Assembly: GCA_001643675.2 (NCBI GenBank)
Contig: LSRY02000012.1
Location: 744,001-808,000, forward strand
DNA from: Monocercomonoides exilis PA203
Lineage: Eukaryota; Protista; Preaxostyla
DNA length: 64,000 bases
Direction: 5' to 3'
How positions within the stretch are numbered: position 1 is the first letter of the stretch; every line of letters starts with the position of its first letter. Below, in pieces: positions 1 to 11,611 of the stretch. A program made the translations under genes and the position numbers. Under the pieces are notes generated by a model. The model was not told the origin of the DNA and made no database searches. It saw only the letters and a program-made list of their open reading frames with translations.

Positions 1-331
1 GGACAGACAACATGTCCACGAGATGGACAATACAGAAGAAGAGGGGAGCGCCATCGCTCATTCCAACACTGAGAGCATTGGAGAAGAAATTGAACAGCCT
101 GGACATCACAATACAAACGGAACCCATCCCGGGAGAGCAGAACAAGGAAGCAGAAGCACTCAGCCGGATGACGAGAAAGCCGGACTATGCACTGAGGGGG
201 AAGAAAGTTGCAGAGATATTGCAAATAGTCGCACCGAGAATACTAGATTCAATCTTAGAACAGATTGCGCCGGTGCACTGCGGAAGAGTTTGGAGGCTAT
301 CCTCTCTGAGAATGGAGAGAGAGAAAGAAAT
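1..331 (+). mobile_element. Retrotransposon remnant, DIRS/LTR-type RNase HI C-terminal part, truncated by a MITE
   Basis: Frame reads (R)TDNMSTRWTI...IQTEPIPGEQNKEAEALSR, matching the DN...(H)IPGxxNxxADxLSR RNase H motif of DIRS/gypsy pol. It runs into the MITE at 332. Confidence 0.65.
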
Positions 332-598
332 GGGGGAAAATATGGACTTTCAAGCTTTTTTTGTACAAGGCATTGAAAAAGTGCTTCACTCATAACTTTA
401 TTTCACTTACTCAAATTAAATAATAAATTTGATGTTCATATCTGCACACAGGTGTCGTTGAAATCAAAACAGAAAGTTTCCAACTTTTTTCAATTGTCAA
501 AAAATGGAGTCATTATTATTGTGTTTTTTGATCTCAAAAAGTCAATGGAAAGTGAATAATATTTCAATAAAAAAGCTTGAAGTTGCATATTTCCCCCC
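332..598 (+). mobile_element. MITE family A, copy 1 (~267 bp, Sola2-like termini)
   Basis: TIRs GGGGGAAAATATGGACTTTCAAGCTTTTT and AAAAAGCTTGAAGTTGCATATTTCCCCCC. Flanks AAAT/ATAT. Five more copies in the window. Confidence 0.9.
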
Positions 599-1455
599 AT
601 ATAATAGAGTATTAAATAATGAAACAAATGAAAAAAGATAAATATTTCATTTTCAGAAAATGGTAGAAATCACACAAGAGTGAGAATAAGTCCATCTTCA
701 AAAGTGATTTTTGCATCAGCTGCTCCAAAGGCGAGAGCGTTTGTGGGAATGAAGGAAGCGTCTTGAAGGAAAGATAATCAGCTGATGATCAATTGAATTG
801 TAGCCTATGATACCTACTGTGGTCTGTCACATACATCTGCATCTTCATCAAAATCAGATTCGAATTTAAAATTAGAATCGAAATCAGAAAATAAATTTGA
901 ATCTACATTTGATCTGTTGTTTGATGCAATTTTCTTTGATGAGATAAGAGGGAGCAAGTTGTTGTATGTATCGCTTGTTGAATATTTATATTTTTGTAAC
1001 ATTTTGCTTTCTCACTTGCTTGAAACATTTTATTTTAATCTTTAAAAAAAATACAAGTCTGGATCATTTTTTCTTATTAAAAAACTGTTAACAGAAATAT
1101 TGAATTTTTTAAATAATGAACATATAACAATGAAACTCAATAGAGTATATTGAAGCAATACATAAAGGATTTGCTTCTCATTTGAACAATTTTTTTGGGA
1201 TTTGATTTGCACAAATGGGTAATTCGGAAATTTGAATAACTCTAAGGAACACTGGATATCCTTCCATTTCATAATTTCATTTCATGACGAAATGAAAGTT
1301 AACAAAAAATACGTAGGCAATTTTTTGAAGTTGTAAGCTTCTTAAAGCCTTTAATTTTTGTTGATTTGTATTAATCGAATTTTTTTCAAACAGATAATTT
1401 GTGAAATATTGAAACAGATGCGCCATTCACTATCCACCTCGCACAAAAACAGAGT

Positions 1456-4400
1456 TCATTTTCTCTTTGAGAAAGATGAAGCGTGAACAATGGAATCTCC
1501 AATTATCTGCAAAGGCTGAATGTCGCGAAGCTGAACATGAGAATGACGCTTTGACGGAGAATGATTAACAACTTTTTGTATTAGAGAAAGAGTATTCGTT
1601 TCAGATCGCTTGTCAATGATGCTTTGTTTTTCGCGAACATCTGAAGGCATGTGAACTTTGAAAGAATGAGCATCGCTATTTTTCCCCGTGAAAGAAAAAT
1701 TTTGTTGAGGCAAAGAATGAAATGTGGTATTGTGCAATGATGAGATCGATTCAGGAGTCGGAGTATAAGTTTTTGATTGAGAAGAAGCTGACTTTATTGA
1801 AGCTGAAATTAAAGAATGGTGAGTATTTGATAAGTTAATTGGTGTTGATGTGATATCAGAAGAGTTCTTTGAAACAAGAGGAGTTGGAGAAGAACTAATA
1901 CTTGTTTGCTGCTTTGTTCTGTAAAATCTTTGAGGGCTACAACTGCCAACGAAGGGCATTTTTTGAGAAATTGCAGAAGATTTTGGTTTAGTAGGAGAAG
2001 AAGTTTGAATATTCACATGTGGATTCAGCTGGCCAATTCTTTTTGTCGCAACCCATTTTGGCTTTGGCATATCTTTCTTTCGTTGTTTGCTAAACTCTCG
2101 ATTCCCAACTTTAGATTTCGAACAAGATACACTTCCATCTCCTCCAATTTTACGGCTATCATCACTTGCTTGCTCAACATTGTTGTTCGAAAATTGAAGG
2201 TCTGATTCTTTTTGTGGAATAAGAACGGAAGATTTCTCGGGAACAGAATTTTCAGCAATCAGAAAATCACTTCCTGTCTGTTCCATCTTTGAATGCAAAC
2301 TGTCGGCTAACAAATCAGATGAGGGAGCTAAACTTATTTCATTCTGCGAAAGAGGAGGAGTATGAAAACGCGACGGAGGAGACGAAGATGCCGGAGACGA
2401 AGGAGGAGGAAGCGGAGGCATCGAAGAAAAAAGCTCTTCTGAACCAAAAAATGGAGCTGCAAGAACCTCAGAGTTAAAAGGAGTTGATGGAGGAATATTC
2501 CACGAAGAAATGCTGTTAGCTGAGACAGCCCTCTTTGTTTGATGAGGATTCTCATTGTTCGGTTCGTCAAAGTCCAATGTTTCATTGCCACTTGGAGATG
2601 AAGTTAATGCTTTTGATGATGGAGATTGAGTGGAATGAGAATCCTGCTTTGGAGGCAAAAGAAAAGGTGAAACAGAGAAAAACTCATCCTTTGCTGAATT
2701 TTGTTTTTGAGAAGAATCAGAAAAAACTGTATTGAATGAACTCACTTCTGAAAAACTAGAAGAGGAAGTTAGCGAATTAGAACCTTCCTTTAGCGATGAT
2801 ATAATCTTTGGCTGAGTTGTTCTGATGTCTTGCATTGGAGACGTTCCTCTTATGATAGAAAGAGATGGAAGAGGAGGCAAAGGCGAAAGAGGCGATTTTG
2901 GTGAAGATAGAAAATTATTTGAAGGAAAAGTGATATTAGAAGAAAATGAATGAGCTGAAGTGTCAAATGCAAAGGACGACTTCTTTAAGGAGTTTCCTGT
3001 AGGAGAAATAAGGCTGGCTGGCTTTGGCTTATGAAAAGGAACAGAAGTAGAAGAACGTGAGTTCTGAATTGGAGTTGAATAGTTGAAAGATGATGGAGAT
3101 AAATTGGAGCGATTATCGCTCCAATCATTTGCTGGTTGAATTGGTTCTGTGTCAATGTCTGAAGAAGTTGAATGAATACTACTTGGAGAAGTTGGGTGTG
3201 TATTATATGTTTTAGGACTATTAACAGTTGCTGACGAATGAGGGAGTGAAGATTCCAAGAAAGAAGATATGTCGATCTTCGGAGATGAGAATGGATTTTC
3301 TTCGTCTTTAAATTGAGCTGAAGTTGACGTAGAAAAATTTCCAGGATTGCCAGAAGCGAGTTCGTCGTTAAATGGATGCTCTTTTTGTTCAGCATGATAT
3401 TCTATCTGGCAAAATTTGGACTTCTCTTCATCAATTTTTTCATTAACGTTGTTTTTTCCACTTTCAGAAGTTTTTGATATTGAGTCAATAAAGTCATCTT
3501 TCTCTTCATAATCTCTGTAAATATGCTCATCGCTATAACCTGTACAATCGACAAAGCGGTTTTTCATCTTTGCTTTTCCTATGCTTCTTCCATCTTCTCC
3601 AACAGACTCCAATTCCACTCTGTCTTCATCGCTTTCATTCTGATCTCTGTAAATGTTGACATGCGACTGAAAAATGTCACTATTTTCAGTGCTACCAACT
3701 CCATCAACGCTGTTATTGTGCGAAAATACAATTTCCTCTTTCTTCTCTTGAGTGAATTCTTGTTCCTGAAGAGATGGAAGTGAAGTATTTTTCTGTTGAA
3801 AACTATTCATTGGACTGACAGCGAAATCTCTTTGAATTTCTTTTTCGTCCATGTCAATCGCAGTATTATCACATATTTTCTCATCAATTGCTTCCAACTC
3901 AACATTTGAAAAATCTTCTAATGTTGGCTGATCCATTTCAAGTTGCTCATTTGCTGACAAAATGGATTGAGAATAATTTGCTACACAGGAAATTTCTTGT
4001 GAAGCCATTTTGGACGTATTGGTAGCAATTTCACGTGAAGGAGATTTTTGCCTTTCTGAATACGGATATTGCATCTGATTGCCTTCTTTTGCAAATCTAT
4101 TACTCTCATGTTTGCCGTGATCAGGACTGGTATTCCTCTGAAATTTCCTCTTCTCAGCTTCTTCTCTCAATTTTTCGCGCCTTTCTTTTCGCAGCTCAGT
4201 TTCTGTTTTTATCATTCCCTGTTGAACAAGAACAGGAAGCAGTGGAACACGCTGAATGCGCTCTGCTGGAGTAGAAATAAACGGATTTTGAGGGGAAAGA
4301 GAAGAAATTCCTGTGTTTTGCATTTGTTGAGGCTCTGGAGATGCTTCGTTTTTAGAAAATAGTTGAATCTTTGCACTGGAAGATTGATCAGCCAATTTGC

Positions 4401-7400
4401 TTTTTGACTGCTTTGGAGAAGAATGAGAAGGGGTCATTAAAAATTCTTTATCATCATCAAAGGAAGATGAGTAGGTTGTACTGCAAAGCGATCTTTCAGT
4501 TGAAAAATCCATTGAGTCAAGATCCATCTGAGATCCAAATGTCGAATATGTTGACAGGAGAGTTGATGAAGTCGTTGTTCTGTCCAACGAAATGCCACTT
4601 GAGAAATCTCGAGTCATATGTGGCTTCTGCAAAAGCGAGCTGTTTGAAGAAGAGGAAGTAATCGAAGGAGAATCCATAAAATACTCCGATATAGTTCTTG
4701 ATGATTCCATTGGAAGATGCTGCTGAGAAGTCACATTCTCAGGATTCGTGAAATCTAATGAAGGTGGATGGACTCTATGGTAAGAAATAAACCGGTGGCG
4801 CTTCTCTTTCGCGCCAATATTCTCTAAGGACGATTTGGATGTATCTTTTGCAGTTAATTTCGTATCTTCTAATCGATCCTGCTTTTGAGAAGAATTCATT
4901 CCGTCTCCCTTCTCTTCATCTTTCCCCAGATTTGTCTGCGAATTTTGCTTTTGCTGAAGCTGGCTGGAGGAAACAGTTTTAAGTTTTGGCGCAGATATCT
5001 GCATTGCCGATAAATTGTTTGATCCGCATGTTATAGACAGCTCAGTCAGTGAATCGTCGACGCTGACAGTAACACAACTTTCTGTTAATTTCGAATTGAT
5101 TGCTTCTAATGTGTGACTATCCAGCGTAGTGCACAACATATCACTCATGTCCTTGTTAATTTCATCGCTGCTTTTTGACTCTTTTGCGGTTTCTTCAGAA
5201 ATCGTATCTTTCTTGATTGATTTGTCAATAGTTGGCGAAATAGGTGCTTCAGTGCTTGAAACCTCAGTTGTTAAAGGTGCAGCTGTTTCTTGATCAATTA
5301 TTTGAGCAGTTGCTGAATTGAATCTCGATCTTATCGGAGTTGTTGGCGTGAGTGGAGGAGGAGTCAGTGGGTGCGTACGAAATGCAAAGCCGTTCTCATC
5401 GCTATCGCTGGGTGCCTGTTTATCCTTCAAATGATGTTGGCGTGAATGCGAATGCGAATGCTTCAGTTTATAAGCAGATGCACCAAGCACATCAAGAGCG
5501 CGCGAGGGCGAGACCAGAAGATGGGACGGTGGAGGGATTAGCGAAGGAGGAGGATTCGAAGGCACAGACAACAAGTGCGAATGGTTTTGTGAGCTTGAAA
5601 TGTTTGGCTGTGCAGAAGGAGCAAATGACAGAGATCGCAGATTCAAAAAGATATCATCGGCGTCTTGTTCTTTTAAAGAGTTCGCAGCATCGTTTGATGC
5701 TTTCCCAGGTATAGAAAATAGAGATACAGATGATGAAGGCGGTGCTGTGGATGAAAGGGCAGTCAAAACAGGCGATTTCAACGACTTGCTTTGTATTGAA
5801 AGGCTTGTTTCAAATGGATCGCTATTCGAATCTCGAGACTTCTGCAATTTTTTATTGTTTGTTGGTGTGTTGATTGCAGACAAAATGGGAGAAAGATGAG
5901 GCGATAGACCGTTTATCGCTTGTGTGGAAGTAGATGTGATGACTGGAGAAGACGATGCAGATGCCGAAGGAATGGAAGAAGTCGCAACGATGCGAGGCTG
6001 CGTTGGAGTTGGCTGAGAAGTTTGTGACAATAAAGTTGAAGGATAAAGAAGACGATGCAATCCGAATTGAGACTTCGGCTCATTTGCACCAAATGGCTTT
6101 ATTCTCCTTCTCTGTGATGGAAGGGCAGTCTTAGAACGCTTTGTGTCAAATAGACTGAATCTGCCATTGTCATCTTTCAGAAGCTGTTTCTGAGGTGTGT
6201 TTGACGTTGATCTTTCTGAAATGGCTTTTGAAGAAATTGGTATGTTTCTTTGCTTGGGCAACGCCTTAAATGTCGGCTCTGGAGGAAAAGCACCAAAACT
6301 GCAAGGATGTGGCAAAACATTTGGAGAAAGCAGATTTGACTGCTGCTGATGTAATTGTTGTTCATCATTCCCTTTGATTTTCTTGTGCCGAGTGAGCTTT
6401 GACTGAGAAGGCTTCACGTTCCATCGTGTTCCCTTTGAAGAAAATGGAATGGAAGACATTGATGGCTCCATCGGAATTTGTGCAATGTTAACTGGCTGGA
6501 AGAGCATTGGATCGAATACACTTATTTCAGCACTCTCTTCTTCATTGACTCCTTCTTCCCCTTCTTCTCCTTCTTTTTCTTTTATTGAAGACATCTTGGC
6601 TATCCTTTTGCTTCCTGGTTGAAACATCGCATTTCCAGTTCGACTTAGCTGATTCTGCCTGAGCGTCAATGCAGAAGCCTCTCCTTTCCCTTCAAGCAGA
6701 GAAGACAAGATTGCATTTGCTGATAATTTCGGAGATTTGGGTTGCTTTTGTTGCTTTCGTCGAAGCAATATTGCTTCTGCAGTCTTACCGTTTTTCACCT
6801 TTAGATCATTTTCGTTTGCTTTTGGATCTTTTTCTCCTTTATCATTGAAAGCATTTTGTATATCTTTGCCATTCAAGTCACTCACATAAGCCAGTTGTCC
6901 CAGAGATGCATCATAACCAGCAAGCGATAGCACGCTGTTCTGTCTACTCCTCCCTTTCCCATCTTTTCGCTTGTGCTTGTGAGCTCTTTTGCCTTCATTG
7001 TCAAATGATGAATTTCTCCTCTTCCTATCTGTCTGCCCATGTTTTTGCTCTTGATATAAGTTCGCTCGGCTTTCGTCTGAAAAAAACTTCGAAGGTTTGT
7101 GGTGAATGTGGCAACGATGCCGGCTGGTGTAGCGAGCTGTGACGTCTTCACTGGATTGCGTGTTGCTGTTTGATTTCGATTCACCGCCGGTTGATTGAAG
7201 AGACAACGAGGTGGCTCCAGAAACAACATTGGATGAATTGTTTGAGGTGTAAAATGATGCCTCAGAGGCATTTGAAGAGAAATAAGTACCTCCAATAGAC
7301 TCTTTGGAGGGCGATGTTGCGGATGAGAATCCACCAGCCATCGAGGAAGAATCAGCAGTGTCAGCAAACGAAGTGATGGAAGGTGGTGGCGAGAAATATG

Positions 7401-10400
7401 GATGAGATGCTGTTCTTCCAAAGAAATTTGACGCAGGCGTCATTAGCAGCGAGGAAGAAGAAGCAGACCGAGATCTGTCCATCGTTGCTCCGCTGCGATA
7501 TGTGCACAGCGCGCTGTCTGTTTGACGTCGCGAACTGAGCGTCCCGTCGCAGCATTTCGTGATGGCCTCCTGAAAGGCCTCCTGAATTCGCCTTTTCTGA
7601 CAGCGGGCGCAGTCACAAGTGGCTGCTCGGTGCGGATGATAATGGCGGTGCAGCTGATGCTTGCGATGTCTGCAGCAGGAATCGTCAAAGTCTTCTGCAG
7701 TTGCATTGCTTTCAACCTCTGCATCATCTCGTTCTTTTCCTGTTTGTCTGTTGTTTTTTGCATCATCAGCTGAGCTTATGCTGTGAGAATAGAACGAACA
7801 AGAGCACGATGACCACGAACTGCCGCTGGCAGATTGCGACCAATCGTCTTCGTCGTCATCAGATGCGGATGTGCTGCAAGCTGATGAAGATTCGGTGTCT
7901 GAACCTGCAGGTGAAAAGCAAGAAGATGCATAGCTACGATCTGTTGCAGATGAGAAACGGTAAAGAGAATTTGGGGTGTGTGAGAACGTGGAAGAAGAAG
8001 GGAAAGCTTTGGAAAGCGGGATTGATGCAGACGAGCTGCAAGAGGAGAGCGTTGTGGAAGAAAGAGGAGCCTGAAACGAGCGATATGACTGGCGCTCAGA
8101 TATCTGGGCAGTCTCAGGCGCTGAATGATCAGAGCGAGGAAGAGAATTATACGAACGCAGCTTCGGAAATTGTCCAGCTGGAGAAGAAGTTCCATTTGGA
8201 AAGGAAGAAAAGGAAGTGTCGTACGAGCTTATTTCAGAAGCTGTTTCAGATTTCTTTGCTAAAGCAGAGGCTGATCCGGAGGGTGTGCATTTGCCTGTTG
8301 AATCAAATTTTGAGAGAGCGAAAGAAGAAGACGGCTCGCTCTGCGACTTCCACTCGCCCAACGAGGAAGATAACGTCGATTGCGATGTGGCTGGTTCAAA
8401 TCCAGTTGGATTGCACTTATCAGCCTTGTTGATCTTGTCAGATACTTGAGATCCTTTCAAAAACGAAGAATTTATCTGAAATGATGACACATTGCTGGGC
8501 TTTGAGAAAAGAGACTTCTGCGAAGATTTCTGTATGGAATTGATTTTCGTTTCTTTTGAACCACTTTTGCGGATAATCATTTCGTCAGAGTCGAATTTTT
8601 CATCTGTTTTCTTTTCATTTTCATTATCCATCTCACTTTTTGTGGGATTCTCTGCTTCTTCCTTTTCTTCTTCTTCTTCTTCTTCTGAAGCAATCTTTTG
8701 CATCATTCTTCGTTCTGCCTCTTCGACTTCCTCGCCAAGACTCGACCGCACATCAAAGTCCAAATGCTCTTCGTATTGCCTTCTGTCTTCTGGATCGTAG
8801 TCATCTCCATCATCATCATCATCATCATCGTTCTTTGAATGTGCAGATCGGGATGAATGAATGACAGGTGAATCTGCCCCCATGCCTTTGTCTTTGCCTT
8901 TGCCCTCACCTTTCGCTGAAGGACCGCTTTGTTTTCCGTCTTCCCATTCATTCACAGGCAGAAGAGGCGGAAGATCATCTTTGCTGTCTTCAGGCACTGC
9001 CTTCCCAATAATTGCGCTGACTTCATCGGAAATATCGCGAAAAGAGTTTGCGTTTTCATTGAATGAATCTTTTAATTGAAGTGATTCGTCATTATTTTCA
9101 TCAAAATGCTCATCATCTTCATCGTTTGTTTCAGAAGAATCAAAAGATCGTGTTTCAAAATCGCAACTTTTTGAAGAGTCTCTTAACTTTGAAATTTTTT
9201 CGGCTGCTTCTTTCTTCATTCGTTTTGCCTTTTCGTCTGCTTCAATCCAAAACTGTTTAATTGCTTCCAAATCATTCGATTTCATTTGTAATTTGGAGTT
9301 GCTCATTTCTTTTGATTCATCTTCTTCCTCATTTCTTTCCATCTGATTTGAATAATCATCACATAATTCTTCTTCTTCTTCTTCTTCTTCTTCTTCTTTT
9401 GCATTGGAAACAAAAGTCGATTCACTTCCTTTTCCAATTGTTTTTGTCGATAAATTCTCATTTAATGAACCCGATCCATCATTTTGGAGAGCATGCGATA
9501 AAGTGTGTCTTAATTGCGAATCGCGAGCAGGAGCAGAATTATGTGGCGTGGCTAGCATCGAAGGCGATGAGGAAGGCCGCACAGTTCGACTTTCCTTTGT
9601 GCTTATTTTTCTGTTCTTTTCTTCAGCTTCATACTCCGCAAGCTCCTGAGAAGGCGAGCTTTCCTTAGAAGAATGTGTTGAGCAGGTCGAAGGATGCGGA
9701 GTGACTGGCCGGCGAGGAGAAGGAGCAAAGAAGGGAAGGGCTGATAGCTGAAGCCTGGGCACCGCCACAGGAGGCATTTGGCGTGCTTTGACGTGAGGCG
9801 ATTGTTGCTGAAGTGAAGACGATGAATGTTCAGAGCAGCAGCTCCTGTCGCATTCAGAATTGTGCGAAACGTTGCTGAGTCCTTCGTCATCACCACTCAC
9901 AGCGTCCTCCTTCTCGTCCGGACGACTGCTCCGATATGTGTCGCTTCCCAAGTATTCGTTGTCCATTCTGCTTCGCTCTCCTTCAACAGAAAGAGGAGAT
10001 CGCTCGATGATGCGAGGCGTCTCTGATCGAACAATGGTCGCATTCTTTTGCATTGAAGAGATAGACGCAGCTGCCTCTGTTCTTTCATTCTCTGCTCCAT
10101 TTTCAATTTCTGTTTCTCTTATTTCACACTTTAGTTCTCTTTGGTTTCTTTTTTCGCAGACTGACGAGCTGTGTGCTTCTTCCACACTGTTTATATCTTT
10201 TTGAGCAAATGCCAAATCTGCAGGATTCGCAAACGAAGAGAATGATACTGTGGATTCGGCAAGTGACGCCAAGTCTTCTTGTTTCGTTTCATCGTTCTCA
10301 TCGGAGTTCTGAATAGATTGTTCATCCAATCCATCTTTCTCAATTTCTTCTTTGATCAATTTTGAATGCTTGACAGCTGTTTCATCACCCTTGAATGCAA

Positions 10401-11244
10401 CATTCATCAACGGATCAAAATGCAAACCCATTTCTTCTTTCATTTCAGGATGAAGCTCTATAGAATCCCTTATGGATTCTCTGAGTGATTTTGAAAACAA
10501 TCCAATCATTTGTGATTCAACAGCCCCATCAGCAGAAAAAGACCTACGCTCCCTTGACGCAGTTTGAATATCGGCACTCCATAAATGATTATCAACTGTT
10601 GGGCAATTGATACTATTATTCAATTTACTGCTCTTTTTTTGATATTGCTCTTGGGAATTTAAGCTTGCGCTGTGAGTTCGTTGAGAAGTTGAAAAATTAT
10701 CCGTATAATCTGATAAGCGATAACCTAACAAATTAAAGTTTCTCACTTTTGTGCAGTCATCGTGGGTTTTATCCTTTTTGCTTTCGTGTATAGAGGAAAA
10801 TACTTCATTTTCATTTGACGAATGTTCACTGCAGATAGAATGGGATGAACGTTGAGCTGTTGAAGATGGTGAAGCTGATACAGGTCTTCTTTTAATATCA
10901 GAACAATACAAATGTGAGATTAGTATTCTTGGAAGTATTTTCATAATTCCTCCTTGTTCTTTATATCTTTTAACGGCTTCAGAGTATAGTGGAGCAAGTT
11001 TTCGACCAAATGGGGCATTAAAAGATGGAGGCTTAGGAATTGGTTGCAATAAACTACTTGTAATCGATTCCAAAAATGGTGCTCCTTTTGAATGAGGTGA
11101 CCGAGAAAAATTTTGAGTTCTGGGAATAGAACTTTCACGTGGGGCTTCTGTGTCAATTGTAGTCATAGAAGAATATCTTGATCCAACTAGGAATGACCTC
11201 ATTTCTTTAGAAAGTAAAGCTTCTGCGTCAGGCCTAACTATCAT
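1456..11244 (-). CDS. Giant Ser/Glu/Pro-rich low-complexity hypothetical protein (3262 aa); 5' exon(s) may extend upstream
   Basis: 9.8-kb uninterrupted ORF with higher GC than its flanks. No recognisable domain. The annotated start is close to a possible splice acceptor. Confidence 0.85.
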   Translation of the reverse strand: MIVRPDAEALLSKEMRSFLVGSRYSSMTTIDTEAPRESSIPRTQNFSRSPHSKGAPFLESITSSLLQPIPKPPSFNAPFGRKLAPLYSEAVKRYKEQGGIMKILPRILISHLYCSDIKRRPVSASPSSTAQRSSHSICSEHSSNENEVFSSIHESKKDKTHDDCTKVRNFNLLGYRLSDYTDNFSTSQRTHSASLNSQEQYQKKSSKLNNSINCPTVDNHLWSADIQTASRERRSFSADGAVESQMIGLFSKSLRESIRDSIELHPEMKEEMGLHFDPLMNVAFKGDETAVKHSKLIKEEIEKDGLDEQSIQNSDENDETKQEDLASLAESTVSFSSFANPADLAFAQKDINSVEEAHSSSVCEKRNQRELKCEIRETEIENGAENERTEAAASISSMQKNATIVRSETPRIIERSPLSVEGERSRMDNEYLGSDTYRSSRPDEKEDAVSGDDEGLSNVSHNSECDRSCCSEHSSSSLQQQSPHVKARQMPPVAVPRLQLSALPFFAPSPRRPVTPHPSTCSTHSSKESSPSQELAEYEAEEKNRKISTKESRTVRPSSSPSMLATPHNSAPARDSQLRHTLSHALQNDGSGSLNENLSTKTIGKGSESTFVSNAKEEEEEEEEEELCDDYSNQMERNEEEDESKEMSNSKLQMKSNDLEAIKQFWIEADEKAKRMKKEAAEKISKLRDSSKSCDFETRSFDSSETNDEDDEHFDENNDESLQLKDSFNENANSFRDISDEVSAIIGKAVPEDSKDDLPPLLPVNEWEDGKQSGPSAKGEGKGKDKGMGADSPVIHSSRSAHSKNDDDDDDDGDDYDPEDRRQYEEHLDFDVRSSLGEEVEEAERRMMQKIASEEEEEEEKEEAENPTKSEMDNENEKKTDEKFDSDEMIIRKSGSKETKINSIQKSSQKSLFSKPSNVSSFQINSSFLKGSQVSDKINKADKCNPTGFEPATSQSTLSSSLGEWKSQSEPSSSFALSKFDSTGKCTPSGSASALAKKSETASEISSYDTSFSSFPNGTSSPAGQFPKLRSYNSLPRSDHSAPETAQISERQSYRSFQAPLSSTTLSSCSSSASIPLSKAFPSSSTFSHTPNSLYRFSSATDRSYASSCFSPAGSDTESSSACSTSASDDDEDDWSQSASGSSWSSCSCSFYSHSISSADDAKNNRQTGKERDDAEVESNATAEDFDDSCCRHRKHQLHRHYHPHRAATCDCARCQKRRIQEAFQEAITKCCDGTLSSRRQTDSALCTYRSGATMDRSRSASSSSLLMTPASNFFGRTASHPYFSPPPSITSFADTADSSSMAGGFSSATSPSKESIGGTYFSSNASEASFYTSNNSSNVVSGATSLSLQSTGGESKSNSNTQSSEDVTARYTSRHRCHIHHKPSKFFSDESRANLYQEQKHGQTDRKRRNSSFDNEGKRAHKHKRKDGKGRSRQNSVLSLAGYDASLGQLAYVSDLNGKDIQNAFNDKGEKDPKANENDLKVKNGKTAEAILLRRKQQKQPKSPKLSANAILSSLLEGKGEASALTLRQNQLSRTGNAMFQPGSKRIAKMSSIKEKEGEEGEEGVNEEESAEISVFDPMLFQPVNIAQIPMEPSMSSIPFSSKGTRWNVKPSQSKLTRHKKIKGNDEQQLHQQQSNLLSPNVLPHPCSFGAFPPEPTFKALPKQRNIPISSKAISERSTSNTPQKQLLKDDNGRFSLFDTKRSKTALPSQRRRIKPFGANEPKSQFGLHRLLYPSTLLSQTSQPTPTQPRIVATSSIPSASASSSPVITSTSTQAINGLSPHLSPILSAINTPTNNKKLQKSRDSNSDPFETSLSIQSKSLKSPVLTALSSTAPPSSSVSLFSIPGKASNDAANSLKEQDADDIFLNLRSLSFAPSAQPNISSSQNHSHLLSVPSNPPPSLIPPPSHLLVSPSRALDVLGASAYKLKHSHSHSRQHHLKDKQAPSDSDENGFAFRTHPLTPPPLTPTTPIRSRFNSATAQIIDQETAAPLTTEVSSTEAPISPTIDKSIKKDTISEETAKESKSSDEINKDMSDMLCTTLDSHTLEAINSKLTESCVTVSVDDSLTELSITCGSNNLSAMQISAPKLKTVSSSQLQQKQNSQTNLGKDEEKGDGMNSSQKQDRLEDTKLTAKDTSKSSLENIGAKEKRHRFISYHRVHPPSLDFTNPENVTSQQHLPMESSRTISEYFMDSPSITSSSSNSSLLQKPHMTRDFSSGISLDRTTTSSTLLSTYSTFGSQMDLDSMDFSTERSLCSTTYSSSFDDDKEFLMTPSHSSPKQSKSKLADQSSSAKIQLFSKNEASPEPQQMQNTGISSLSPQNPFISTPAERIQRVPLLPVLVQQGMIKTETELRKERREKLREEAEKRKFQRNTSPDHGKHESNRFAKEGNQMQYPYSERQKSPSREIATNTSKMASQEISCVANYSQSILSANEQLEMDQPTLEDFSNVELEAIDEKICDNTAIDMDEKEIQRDFAVSPMNSFQQKNTSLPSLQEQEFTQEKKEEIVFSHNNSVDGVGSTENSDIFQSHVNIYRDQNESDEDRVELESVGEDGRSIGKAKMKNRFVDCTGYSDEHIYRDYEEKDDFIDSISKTSESGKNNVNEKIDEEKSKFCQIEYHAEQKEHPFNDELASGNPGNFSTSTSAQFKDEENPFSSPKIDISSFLESSLPHSSATVNSPKTYNTHPTSPSSIHSTSSDIDTEPIQPANDWSDNRSNLSPSSFNYSTPIQNSRSSTSVPFHKPKPASLISPTGNSLKKSSFAFDTSAHSFSSNITFPSNNFLSSPKSPLSPLPPLPSLSIIRGTSPMQDIRTTQPKIISSLKEGSNSLTSSSSFSEVSSFNTVFSDSSQKQNSAKDEFFSVSPFLLPPKQDSHSTQSPSSKALTSSPSGNETLDFDEPNNENPHQTKRAVSANSISSWNIPPSTPFNSEVLAAPFFGSEELFSSMPPLPPPSSPASSSPPSRFHTPPLSQNEISLAPSSDLLADSLHSKMEQTGSDFLIAENSVPEKSSVLIPQKESDLQFSNNNVEQASDDSRKIGGDGSVSCSKSKVGNREFSKQRKKDMPKPKWVATKRIGQLNPHVNIQTSSPTKPKSSAISQKMPFVGSCSPQRFYRTKQQTSISSSPTPLVSKNSSDITSTPINLSNTHHSLISASIKSASSQSKTYTPTPESISSLHNTTFHSLPQQNFSFTGKNSDAHSFKVHMPSDVREKQSIIDKRSETNTLSLIQKVVNHSPSKRHSHVQLRDIQPLQIIGDSIVHASSFSKRK

Positions 11245-11611
11245 TACCCAACAAAATATATGTGAAATTTCATTAGTTTCTTTTTTCTACAAACAAAAAT
11301 TTCAAACAGTGATGCCTCCGTATTTTTCTCGATGAAGAAATAGTTTCTCTCATAAATGAAGGTATTTTTTCATCATACATATTTTTCTTACTCTTTAAAT
11401 CATAAATTAAAATTTTGTTATGATTTGAGAAATAAAAATTGGGACCCAATAAAAAACAACTCACAAAAGTGAATTTCGATAACTTCATTTGTATTTTTTG
11501 AGATTTCGAATATTGAAATTTCGGAAAGAAAGAACAAAACGTCCAGTTGAAAAAGGCTTGTAATTTTCCATCTTTCAGAAGAAAATCTATAAATATGAAA
11601 TTATTTATCGG

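Noticed and set aside
640-1272. Small spliced minus-strand gene
   Set aside because: Coding-like fragments are present, but I could not build a consistent GT-AG model or assign a product.
8391-8408. tRNA T-arm/B-box lookalike (CTGGTTCAAATCCAG)
   Set aside because: No D-arm, anticodon arm or acceptor stem found. It lies antisense within the 3262-aa ORF.
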